This document shows, piece after piece, positions 1-7,957 of a stretch of DNA of 38,241 nucleotides. Positions within the stretch are counted from its first letter, which is position 1; the number at the start of each line of letters is the position of its first letter. The position numbers were made by a program, and so were the translations under genes. Location of the stretch: positions 1 through 38,241 of the IMG/VR virus record IMGVR_UViG_3300038988_000339. The stretch is one strand, 5' to 3'. Origin of the DNA: a virus (taxonomy: Duplodnaviria; Caudoviricetes). Under the pieces are notes generated by a model. It saw only the letters and a program-made list of their open reading frames with translations. It was not told where the DNA came from and did no database searches.

Positions 1-63
1 GTACAAGAAGTACAAGAAGTACAAGAAGTACAAGAAGTACAAGAAGTACAAGAAGTACAAGAA
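1..63 (+). repeat. Perfect 9-bp tandem repeat (GTACAAGAA) x7, coding (VQE)7; may extend beyond the window start
   Basis: Read directly; frame 1 is open into the ORF ending at 318. Confidence 0.97.
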
Positions 64-318
64 GAAAATTACCAAAGTGAGGAAAATAAAAAATTTAAAA
101 AAGAATTGTGCAATGAAAATAGAATATCATTCAAATTTGTTATTTACTCCTTATCCATAATACAAATATTACTTTTAATTTGTAAGTTCTTAGGTTGTAA
201 TATTAGTGTTTGGATTACTTTACTACCTTTGATAATATTCTTTGGTTCTATTTTTATTACTATTGTAGGTTTAATTATACTATTTATAAGTTATAAAAGT
301 TTTGATTTCTATGATTAA
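1..318 (+). CDS. 5'-truncated small membrane protein with VQE repeats followed by two hydrophobic helices
   Basis: Frame 1 has no stop from base 1 to TAA 316-318, so the TTG start at 106 in the track is probably internal. C-terminus FVIYSLSIIQILLLICKFLG...VWITLLPLIIFFGSIFITIVGLIILFISY is strongly hydrophobic. Confidence 0.75.
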   Translation, partial: VQEVQEVQEVQEVQEVQEVQEENYQSEENKKFKKELCNENRISFKFVIYSLSIIQILLLICKFLGCNISVWITLLPLIIFFGSIFITIVGLIILFISYKSFDFYD

Positions 319-320
319 AT

Positions 321-1457
321 ATGAAAATAGATTTATTAAAAGATAAAGTTCAAAATGAAGCTGTTAAAGCTATATTGAAAAATAAAGGTAGAGGTACTAT
401 ATGTGCAGCTACTGGTGTCGGTAAATCCAGGATACCAATATTGTATATTAAGAACGATCCTAATATAAAAAATATAGCTTTAATAGTTCCTACTGAAATA
501 TTAAGAGATGTTGTTTGGGAAAAAGAATTTTTAGAATGGAATGAGAAAGAACTTTATAATACTCTTGATAGATATTGTTATGCTTCAATTAGCAATATAA
601 AAGGTAAAAAATATGATTTAGTAATACTTGATGAATGTCATCATATTACATCTGAAAATTTTAGTTTCTTTCGTAATAATACTATTAAAGATATTATAGG
701 TCTTACTGCAACATTTCCTAAAACTTTTCTTAAAAAAAATCTTTTGTTAAGTTTGAATTTAAAACCTGTTTATACAATTACTCTTACTGAAGCTACTGAT
801 AAATATTTAGTATCAAAATTTAAAATAAAAGTGTTTTATACTAAATTAAATAATACTTCAAAAAATATAATGGCAGGTAATTCAAAAAAAAGATTTTATC
901 AAACAGAATATTCTGCATATAAGTTTTTAGATTCTCAAATAAATAGATTGAAAAATATTGAAATATCAAATGATTTTCATTCTAATCAAAAAAGATTAAA
1001 GATGCTTCTTTTAAAAAGAGCAAGATTTATTTATAATTTGAAATCAAAAACAGAAGCTGCAAAATCTTTATTAAAAAAATTAGATAAAGAAGATAGAGTA
1101 CTTATTTTTTGTGGAAGTATTAATCAAGCTGAAGAACTACATTATCAAACTTATCATTCAAAAACAAATAAAGATTTTTATAATCTATTTAAACAGGAAA
1201 AAATAAATTGGTTATCTTGTGTAAATAGTTTGAATGAAGGTGATAATATATCTAATCTTGATAAAGCTGTTATAGTACAATTAAATAGTAATGATTTAAA
1301 TCTTATACAAAGAATTGGTAGAGTAATTCGTAAAAGACCAGATCATGAAGCTATAATATACATATTCTGTGCTAAAGATACACAAGATGAAGTATGGTTA
1401 AATAGAAATCTTGAAAGTTTTGATCCAAATATTATTGAGCATATAAATTTATTTTAA
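321..1457 (+). CDS. Superfamily 2 (DExH-box) DNA helicase
   Basis: Motif I ATGVGKS, Ia LIVPT, II DECHH, III GLTAT, V LNEGDN, VI QRIGRVIR. Confidence 0.93.
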   Translation: MKIDLLKDKVQNEAVKAILKNKGRGTICAATGVGKSRIPILYIKNDPNIKNIALIVPTEILRDVVWEKEFLEWNEKELYNTLDRYCYASISNIKGKKYDLVILDECHHITSENFSFFRNNTIKDIIGLTATFPKTFLKKNLLLSLNLKPVYTITLTEATDKYLVSKFKIKVFYTKLNNTSKNIMAGNSKKRFYQTEYSAYKFLDSQINRLKNIEISNDFHSNQKRLKMLLLKRARFIYNLKSKTEAAKSLLKKLDKEDRVLIFCGSINQAEELHYQTYHSKTNKDFYNLFKQEKINWLSCVNSLNEGDNISNLDKAVIVQLNSNDLNLIQRIGRVIRKRPDHEAIIYIFCAKDTQDEVWLNRNLESFDPNIIEHINLF

Positions 1458-1994
1458 ATGAATAGTGAAATAAGAAAAATATTAAAATCTTTCAAAATTG
1501 ATTACAATGAAGGTGTATTGGTTCTTTTAGCTGTATATTATTATCTAAATAAACCTCTTCCAGATTATATTCCTAAAGATTTATATTTAAAAATACTTAC
1601 AACAGGTATATTTGAAATTGATCAGAAGGGTAGTATAATCTGGAATGTACCTTTATTTGAAGAGCAAATTACTAATTTTGAATGGGTTAAAAATTTTAGA
1701 GAAGCTTTTAAAAAAAGAAATTCTGAAAGGGCAGGTAATTTAGAAAGCTGTATAAAAAGAATGAAAGAGTTTTTTTCTAAAAATCCTCATGTAAGAGTTG
1801 ATGATGTAAAAGCTGCCACTCAAATGTATTTTAGAAGTGTAAAAGACCCTCAATACTTAATAACTTCGCATAAATTTATTTATGATGGTATAGGAAATAA
1901 TAGAAATTCACATTTAGAAGAATGGCTTGAGAGATATTATGAAAGCTTACCTAAGGATGTTGATAAAAATACTATAACAAGAAAAATGCAATAA
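1458..1994 (+). CDS. Hypothetical protein, possibly replication initiator or helicase loader
   Basis: 178-aa ORF abutting both neighbours and lying directly upstream of the DnaB-like gene; function inferred from position only. Confidence 0.55.
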   Translation: MNSEIRKILKSFKIDYNEGVLVLLAVYYYLNKPLPDYIPKDLYLKILTTGIFEIDQKGSIIWNVPLFEEQITNFEWVKNFREAFKKRNSERAGNLESCIKRMKEFFSKNPHVRVDDVKAATQMYFRSVKDPQYLITSHKFIYDGIGNNRNSHLEEWLERYYESLPKDVDKNTITRKMQ

Positions 1995-1996
1995 TC

Positions 1997-2146
1997 ATGA
2001 GTAATTTTGTAGAAGAGTTTAAGAAAGGAAAATCAGGTAAAAATAAAGGTTTACCATTAGGAAATGGTCTTTCTAAAATAACAAGAGCCATTAATGGTAT
2101 TCAAAGAGGTATGATGTATGCTATAGCAAGTTCACCTAAAGTAGGT
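1997..2146 (+). CDS. dnaB: DnaB-like replicative helicase, exon 1 (50 codons)
   Basis: Ends ...GIQRGMMYAIASSPKVG, the first part of a Walker A motif. Joining base 2146 to 3235 restores ASSPKVG-KST in frame. Confidence 0.88.
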
Positions 2147-2148
2147 AA

Positions 2149-2171
2149 TTTGGAATATTTTTGTATTTTTG
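2149..2171 (+). promoter_or_regulatory. Candidate Bacteroidota-type promoter inside the intron, upstream of the endonuclease
   Basis: Two adjacent TATTTTTG copies (2156-2163, 2164-2171) match the Bacteroidota -7 consensus TAnnTTTG; the second ends 21 nt before the ATG at 2193. The upstream TTTG (2149-2152) is closer than canonical -33 spacing. Confidence 0.45.
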
Positions 2172-2192
2172 TAGTCTAAAAAAAATATTTTT

Positions 2193-2990
2193 ATGATTAC
2201 AAATAAGGTTATTGAAAGAAGAATCTATATTAGACAAGTAATAGTAGAATATTATTTGAAAAATGAAGATGTAACATTAAGAGAATTAGAGAGTATGTTT
2301 AACTGTAGTAGAAAAACTATTAGTAACATTTTAAAAGAAGAAGGCTTTAAAATTAGAAACAGATATCATGATATAAAACTAAAGTATGATTTTAAAGAAA
2401 TAAATTCTGAAGAATCTGCTTATTGGTTAGGTTTTATATATGCTGATGGTACTATCTCTTATTCTCCTGATTCTAAAAAGAATAGATATTGTCTAGAACT
2501 TGGATTAAAGGAAAGCGATAGGAGTCATATAGAAAAGCTCAAAAATTTTATAGGCTCTAAGAGTAAAATTAATTTTAGAGAAAAGACAAAATCTTATAGA
2601 ATATTAATTTCTTCAAAAGAGTTAGTGCTTAATATTCATAGTCTGGGGATAGTAAAAAATAAAACTTATAATAATAATTTTGAGGTTTTATGGAGTAATA
2701 TTCCAGCTGAGTATAGAAGACATTTTATTAGAGGTTTTTTTGATGGTGATGGAAGTATAGCAAAGAATTTTGTTATCTCTTTTACCTCTAATTATCCTGC
2801 TGGAGTTTTAAAAATATTAAATGACACAGGTTATAATAAAACTTATAAAGTTTATGATAAACAAAAGACCTCAGCAAAAAACATTAAACTTTTGAAAGAA
2901 GAATCAATAAAAATGTTACATTTTATGTATGATAATTCAACAATATATCTTGGAAGAAAATATAAAAAATTCAAAGAGTTGCCGTCTTAA
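2193..2990 (+). CDS. Intron-encoded double-motif LAGLIDADG homing endonuclease with N-terminal HTH
   Basis: Motifs AYWLGFIYADGTI and HFIRGFFDGDGSI; C-terminal YLGRKYKKF; N-terminal HTH VTLRELESMFNCSRKTISNILK. Confidence 0.93.
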   Translation: MITNKVIERRIYIRQVIVEYYLKNEDVTLRELESMFNCSRKTISNILKEEGFKIRNRYHDIKLKYDFKEINSEESAYWLGFIYADGTISYSPDSKKNRYCLELGLKESDRSHIEKLKNFIGSKSKINFREKTKSYRILISSKELVLNIHSLGIVKNKTYNNNFEVLWSNIPAEYRRHFIRGFFDGDGSIAKNFVISFTSNYPAGVLKILNDTGYNKTYKVYDKQKTSAKNIKLLKEESIKMLHFMYDNSTIYLGRKYKKFKELPS

Positions 2991-3234
2991 AAAGAAATTT
3001 TTAAGATTATAAATGGGCAAAAACGGTGAAGGCTGAGATGCTAATACCGTGCTAATTATAATAATGTAAAAGGTATTATAATAGTGTAACGCATAGTGGG
3101 TGAAGAAAATAATAATCCCACCAAGAGTGTCCATCATCTTAACAAGTAAAGTTGAAGATGAAAATATATGCTGAGCTTGTACGAAATGAAGTACAAGAAC
3201 TATAGGATAAAAAGCCTATAGGATAACACAACTG

Positions 3235-4230
3235 AAGAGTACTTTTGTGAATTATGGTTTTGTTATACAACCTTATTTGTATGCTAAAGAAAAAAATATT
3301 GATATAAAATGGATATATTTTTCTTATGAAATGGATAGAGTATCTATGGAGTTTGACTTTGCATCTTATTTTCTTTTACATGACTTTAATATTACAGAGG
3401 TAAAACTACCAGATGGTATATCTTTTCAAGGTAAAAATATAATACCTATATCCTCTTCTTATCTTAAAGGTCAAATACAAGATGATTTTGGAAACACTAT
3501 TATTGTAAATGAAAATATTGAAGATAAATTGAAAATAATCTACAAAGAAAGAATTATCCCTATATTTGGAGAATATGATTCTGAAGGTAGATTATTAAAA
3601 AGAGGTGTTATAGACTTTTATGAACAAAAAGAAAATCCTACAGGTATATATAAAAAGCTTTTTGATTTTGCAAAAGAAAGAGGTCAGTTTATAACTGAGA
3701 AATATATAGGTAAAGATGGGATTGAATATATAAAAATAATCAGTTATAAACCTAATAATCCAGAAGAATATGTAATTATCATTTTTGATACAATAAGAAA
3801 ATTAAATAGAGAAAGAAATTTTACATTAAAAGAAAATGTTGATAAAATGATTTCATACTCTGTAGAAATAAGAAATCTTTGTAAATATACTTTCATTCCT
3901 ATTATTCACTTAAACAGAAGTATGACAGATATTAATAGAATGAAGTATATGGGAGATTTACTATTTCCTGGACCAGAAGATGTAAAAGATACTGGCAATA
4001 TATCTGAAGAATGTAATCATTTATTTACTATGTTTAATCCTAATGATGAAAGATATAATCTTGATGTTCATTTTGGTTTAAAAATAAGAGATAGTAAAGG
4101 AAATGAATTATATCCTAATATGAGAACTATACATCTTGTAGAAAGCAGACATAGTGAATACCCTCAACATTTTAGAGTAGAAATGGATGGAAAACAAAAG
4201 AACTTTAAAGAGTTAAATATAACAAGTTAA
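3235..4230 (+). CDS. dnaB: DnaB-like replicative helicase, exon 2 (spliced product 381 aa)
   Basis: Begins AAG AGT ACT (KST), in frame with the track ORF at 3247; YFSYEM (H1a), IIIFDTI (Walker B), IIHLNR (H3), DVKDTGNISEECN (H4). Confidence 0.88.
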   Translation, partial: KSTFVNYGFVIQPYLYAKEKNIDIKWIYFSYEMDRVSMEFDFASYFLLHDFNITEVKLPDGISFQGKNIIPISSSYLKGQIQDDFGNTIIVNENIEDKLKIIYKERIIPIFGEYDSEGRLLKRGVIDFYEQKENPTGIYKKLFDFAKERGQFITEKYIGKDGIEYIKIISYKPNNPEEYVIIIFDTIRKLNRERNFTLKENVDKMISYSVEIRNLCKYTFIPIIHLNRSMTDINRMKYMGDLLFPGPEDVKDTGNISEECNHLFTMFNPNDERYNLDVHFGLKIRDSKGNELYPNMRTIHLVESRHSEYPQHFRVEMDGKQKNFKELNITS

Positions 4231-4246
4231 TTAATTATTTTTTAGA

Positions 4247-4948
4247 ATGGCAAATTTAATAGCATTAATGGGTGCAAGTGGTTTTGGAAAAAGCACAAGT
4301 ATTATTGAAAACAAGGAGTTTGGAATAAAAGGTTTACCTCCAGAAAAAACTTTTATAATTAATACAGCAGGTAAACCTCTTCCTGGTAAAGGTTCTATGA
4401 AACTTTATCCTACAGGTTTAAAACCTTCTGAAGGTGGAAGACATATTGAATTAAGTAACCCTTATCAAATTGCAGACTTAATAAGATATGTAGATTCATC
4501 TCTACCTAATATTGAATATCTTATATTAGAAGACATTGGTATGGTAATGGGTTTTAATGTTATGGATAATGCAAAAAATAAAGGTTATGATAAATGGACT
4601 TCTTTAGCTGTAGATTTTATGCAGATAATTAATGCAGCTAAAAGTATCAAAAGAAATAACCTAAATATTGTATTTTTCTTTCATACAGAAATGGGTAAAG
4701 ATGATAGAATAAAAATAAAGACATCAGGTTCAATGATTGATAATAATATTTATCTTGATGGTTTATTTACTATTATTCTGGAAGCAGATATTATAAAAGA
4801 AGGTGATCAAGTAAGATTTGGTTTTAAGACAAGAAGTAATGGTACTTCTACCTGTAAAACACCAGTAGGAATGTTTGAATCAGATTTTATACCTAATGAT
4901 TTAGGTTATGTTTTTGAAAAGATAACTGAATATTATTATGGAGAGTAA
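4247..4948 (+). CDS. Phage P-loop ATPase (AAA_24 / Sak4-like)
   Basis: Walker A GASGFGKST near the N-terminus, Walker B YLILED, FFFHTE, C-terminal CKTPVGMF; lies upstream of a probable SSB. Confidence 0.8.
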   Translation: MANLIALMGASGFGKSTSIIENKEFGIKGLPPEKTFIINTAGKPLPGKGSMKLYPTGLKPSEGGRHIELSNPYQIADLIRYVDSSLPNIEYLILEDIGMVMGFNVMDNAKNKGYDKWTSLAVDFMQIINAAKSIKRNNLNIVFFFHTEMGKDDRIKIKTSGSMIDNNIYLDGLFTIILEADIIKEGDQVRFGFKTRSNGTSTCKTPVGMFESDFIPNDLGYVFEKITEYYYGE

Positions 4949-5007
4949 ATAATATATCAATTAAAAATCAATTAAAAATTTAAAGTTAAAAATTAAAAAT
5001 TAAGATT

Positions 5008-5406
5008 ATGGCAGTTAAAATTTCTTTATCTACTTTGAAAAAACAAGTAGAAAATGGTATGAAGAAAAAACAGTTAGCAGAATTTTATGGTATTCCTGAA
5101 ATTCAAGTAGCAAGATTACTTAAACAAGCTGGATTAAAGATTAGAAAATTTCATACTCCAGCTTTTGAGTTAATTGACGATGAAAATATACAAGATAATG
5201 TGGATGAATTAAAATCAGCAGAATCTTTAGAAAATATTGAAACTGTTAATGTACAAGAAATATTTAATGATATTGAGGATAATTCTAAAGAAGATCAAGC
5301 TCAAGTGATAATATCTGATCCTATATTATACAATGACATTACCAAAGAAGAAGATAATAATGAAAATGACGAAGAAGATTTAATATTAAAAGAACTCTTA
5401 AAATAA
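5008..5406 (+). CDS. Small HTH-like protein with a long acidic tail
   Basis: N-terminal MKKKQLAEFYGIPEIQVARLLKQAGLK resembles an HTH; the C-terminal half is D/E/N-rich. Confidence 0.6.
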   Translation: MAVKISLSTLKKQVENGMKKKQLAEFYGIPEIQVARLLKQAGLKIRKFHTPAFELIDDENIQDNVDELKSAESLENIETVNVQEIFNDIEDNSKEDQAQVIISDPILYNDITKEEDNNENDEEDLILKELLK

Positions 5407-5436
5407 TAAATATAAACAATTTAAAAATTAAAAATT

Positions 5437-6186
5437 ATGTCAGAACAAAATTTATTTAGTGATTTTCTTAGTGATGAAGATAAATCTTTAAAAGGTGCAG
5501 GTGCAAGTTTAAAATTTGGTTTAAATACTGGTAAACTTGAAAAATTTGAATTTAATCCAAATTCTGGTAAAGATGGTGAACCTGCAAATGCAATAGATAT
5601 TGTCATAAAAATAGGTGAAAGAGAAGTAAAACAGAAAATATTTGAGACTGTTAAAGTTTTTGGAAAAAATGGTGAAATAACCGATAAAGAAAGTCCTGAA
5701 TATAAAAAAGCTTATACAGATGATGTAAAATTAAAGAAAGGTCTTCTAACACATTACATGAAAATCTTTCTACCAGAAGATATTATTGCAGCTAAACTTA
5801 AAGAAGTTACAATAAAGAACTTTGTAGATTTGTTTAAGTTTGCACAAAGTGCTGTTGAAGCTGGAATTAAAAAAGCTGGTAATAATTTAGTAGATGTTTT
5901 TCTTCAATATCAATGGAGTATAAATCCTGGTCAGACAATGACTTATCTTGAAATACCTAAGAATTTGAAAGATGGAGGTTTTATTTGTAAAGCTATAGAA
6001 CCAGTTGGGGAATGGAAAGAAGTTACTGATAATGAAGGTTTACATTATGAAGATGAAAGTGGTAATATACACAAGTTCAAAAGAGATAGAAATTATCTTA
6101 AGACACCTAAAGCTATTCAGCAAAAGTCTATAGAAGAACCTTTAACTATACCTTCAACAAGTACAAGTTCAACTACAACTTGGTAA
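5437..6186 (+). CDS. Hypothetical protein, probable single-stranded DNA-binding protein
   Basis: 249 aa between the AAA ATPase and primase; beta-rich N-terminus; flexible S/T tail ending in W. Function inferred from context. Confidence 0.5.
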   Translation: MSEQNLFSDFLSDEDKSLKGAGASLKFGLNTGKLEKFEFNPNSGKDGEPANAIDIVIKIGEREVKQKIFETVKVFGKNGEITDKESPEYKKAYTDDVKLKKGLLTHYMKIFLPEDIIAAKLKEVTIKNFVDLFKFAQSAVEAGIKKAGNNLVDVFLQYQWSINPGQTMTYLEIPKNLKDGGFICKAIEPVGEWKEVTDNEGLHYEDESGNIHKFKRDRNYLKTPKAIQQKSIEEPLTIPSTSTSSTTTW

Positions 6187-6195
6187 AACTATTTT

Positions 6196-7245
6196 ATGGA
6201 TTATTCTTTATCTGATAATATTGAAGTAACAGGATATATTGATAAGAAATATATTTTGTCTAATTTCAAAGAAGAAGATATTTTTGAACTTGTTTTTGGT
6301 TTTAAACCTATAGAGTTTCAATATATAACTTCTCCATTTAGAGTAGATAATAATCCAGGTTGTTGGTTTGAGAGGAGTCTGCATAGTGATAAATTATTGT
6401 TTATTGACTATGCAGACCCTCTTTTTAATAAGCAAGATTGTTTTGATTGTGTTAAAAGATATTTTAAATTACCTAATTTTTATTCTACACTTTTATTTAT
6501 AGAAAATAATTTAAACAATAAGAAACTTGTTAATAAGAATTATAACAAAGATAAAGTATCTTTTACACCTAAAGAAAAGAAGAAGATAGATATTTATATA
6601 AAACCAAGAAATTTTAATCAGGCTGATAAACTTACATGGTTTAAATACGGAATAACCAGAAAACATTTAATTGAAGATAAAGTAATACCTACAAGTAGAT
6701 ATGTATTAACCAATACTAAAAAAGGTGATATATCATTTAATGTTTATACTTGTTGTTATGCTTTTTGTGAATTTGATGATAACAGGAAAAAATTGTATTT
6801 TCCTTATAGAAAAGGTAAAAGAAGATTTATTACTAATTGTAATCAAAATGATATTGGTGGATTAAAAACTTTACAAGATACAGAACAAGTAGTTATAACT
6901 AAAAGTTATAAAGATTGTAGAGTTCTTAGAAATCAAGGTGTTAATTGTATATGGTTTCAAAATGAAGGTATGTTACCAAGTAAAGAAATTTTAAAGTCTG
7001 TATTTAAAAATTTTATAGATATAGTTATCTTTTTTGATAATGATAATACTGGATTATTAGCTTCTGACAAAGCAGTTGTGTATATAAAAGAAGTTTTTCC
7101 AAATAAAAAAATCAGAAAAGTTTATTTTGATGAAAATCTTTTAAATGATAAAGTTAAAGATTCATCAGATGCTTATTTTTATAAAGGAAAAGATTTCTTA
7201 ATAGATTTTTTAAAAACTAATAAAATATATGTTAGAGATTCATGA
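6196..7245 (+). CDS. dnaG: DNA primase (DnaG-like, TOPRIM)
   Basis: N-terminal SPFRVDNNPGC (degenerate CHC2-like region); TOPRIM VVITKSYKD, IFFDNDNTG, KDSSD. Confidence 0.85.
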   Translation: MDYSLSDNIEVTGYIDKKYILSNFKEEDIFELVFGFKPIEFQYITSPFRVDNNPGCWFERSLHSDKLLFIDYADPLFNKQDCFDCVKRYFKLPNFYSTLLFIENNLNNKKLVNKNYNKDKVSFTPKEKKKIDIYIKPRNFNQADKLTWFKYGITRKHLIEDKVIPTSRYVLTNTKKGDISFNVYTCCYAFCEFDDNRKKLYFPYRKGKRRFITNCNQNDIGGLKTLQDTEQVVITKSYKDCRVLRNQGVNCIWFQNEGMLPSKEILKSVFKNFIDIVIFFDNDNTGLLASDKAVVYIKEVFPNKKIRKVYFDENLLNDKVKDSSDAYFYKGKDFLIDFLKTNKIYVRDS

Positions 7246-7954
7246 AAGTTGGTATTCTATAAAACAATATTTGTACAAAGAACCTTTAATAAAATTAAAC
7301 AATGAAATTTTACCAAATATAAAATACTATCCTGACAGAAAAGATATATTTAATGTTTTCAAAACACCTTTAAATCAAATAAAGGTAGTGATACTTGGGC
7401 AAGACCCTTATCATACCCCTAACACAGCTATAGGTTATGCTTTTGCTGTTAATGAAAACAGTAAAATACCTCCAAGTTTGAGAATTATAAGAGAAGAATT
7501 AGATAATTCTTGTGAAAATACCTTATGGGGTAATCAATATCTTTTAAATAAAGATTTACCTATTTGGAAAACACTTCAGCATTGGTCAAATCAAGGAGTA
7601 TTTTTATTGAATACAGCATTAACTGTTGAAGCGGGAAATCCAGGTAGTCATTTAGAATATTGGGAAAATTTTACTAAACATGTGATAAAGCTTATATCCT
7701 ATTACAATCCAAGTATTTGGTTACTATGGGGTAAAAAAGCACAAAGTTATTCTTCTCAAATATTTAGTAATATAAATATTAAAGATTACAAAGATAATAT
7801 AGAAGATATACCTAAAGGGAAAAATTATATTTTAGAAGCTCCTCATCCAGCAGCATCTTTATATGGAGGTAAAAATTCTTTTATAAGTTGTAATCACTTT
7901 AATATGGCAAATCAACTATTAAAACAAAATAATAAAAAACAAATAAAATGGTGA
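7229..7954 (+). CDS. ung: Uracil-DNA glycosylase, family 1
   Basis: KVVILGQDPYH, GYAF, PPSLRII, QGVFLLNTALTV, LLWG, APHPAA, CNHF. Confidence 0.97.
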   Translation: MLEIHESWYSIKQYLYKEPLIKLNNEILPNIKYYPDRKDIFNVFKTPLNQIKVVILGQDPYHTPNTAIGYAFAVNENSKIPPSLRIIREELDNSCENTLWGNQYLLNKDLPIWKTLQHWSNQGVFLLNTALTVEAGNPGSHLEYWENFTKHVIKLISYYNPSIWLLWGKKAQSYSSQIFSNINIKDYKDNIEDIPKGKNYILEAPHPAASLYGGKNSFISCNHFNMANQLLKQNNKKQIKW

Positions 7955-7957
7955 AAT

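Larger units (their letters stand above)
2147..3234 (+). mobile_element. Group I self-splicing intron (IA-like, 1088 nt) with homing endonuclease ORF in the P1 loop
   Basis: 5' exon ends in U (2146); intron ends in G (3234). Pairings by eye: P1 GGTAATTT 2144-2151 / GAGTTGCC 2976-2983 (U2146.G2981 wobble); P2 TCTTAAAAA-GAAA-TTTTTAAGA 2985-3006; P3 ATGGGCA 3013-3019 / TGTCCAT 3128-3134; P4 ACGGT/ACCGT; P6a ATTATAATA/TATTATAAT; P7 GCATA 3091-3095 / TATGC 3167-3171; P7.1 GTGGG/CCCAC; P8 CATCTT/AAGATG; P9 CTTGTAC/GTACAAG; further hairpin CTATAGG/CCTATAG. Confidence 0.92.

Noticed and set aside
1-63. CRISPR array
   Set aside because: Contiguous 9-bp units with no spacers; a coding tandem repeat.
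1997-2179. Independent 60-aa gene
   Set aside because: It is helicase exon 1 plus 10 codons of read-through into the intron.
2937-3137. 66-aa reverse-strand ORF
   Set aside because: Antisense to the intron catalytic core; no protein-like features.
3188-3199. GAAGTACAAGAA matching the tandem repeat at 1-63
   Set aside because: A 12-nt match in AT-rich DNA, already explained as the 3' arm of intron P9; probably coincidence.
2147-3234. Intein or frameshifted pseudogene explanation for the split helicase
   Set aside because: The endonuclease has its own start and stop, no intein terminal motifs, and is followed by a non-coding group I core; exact excision restores the frame.
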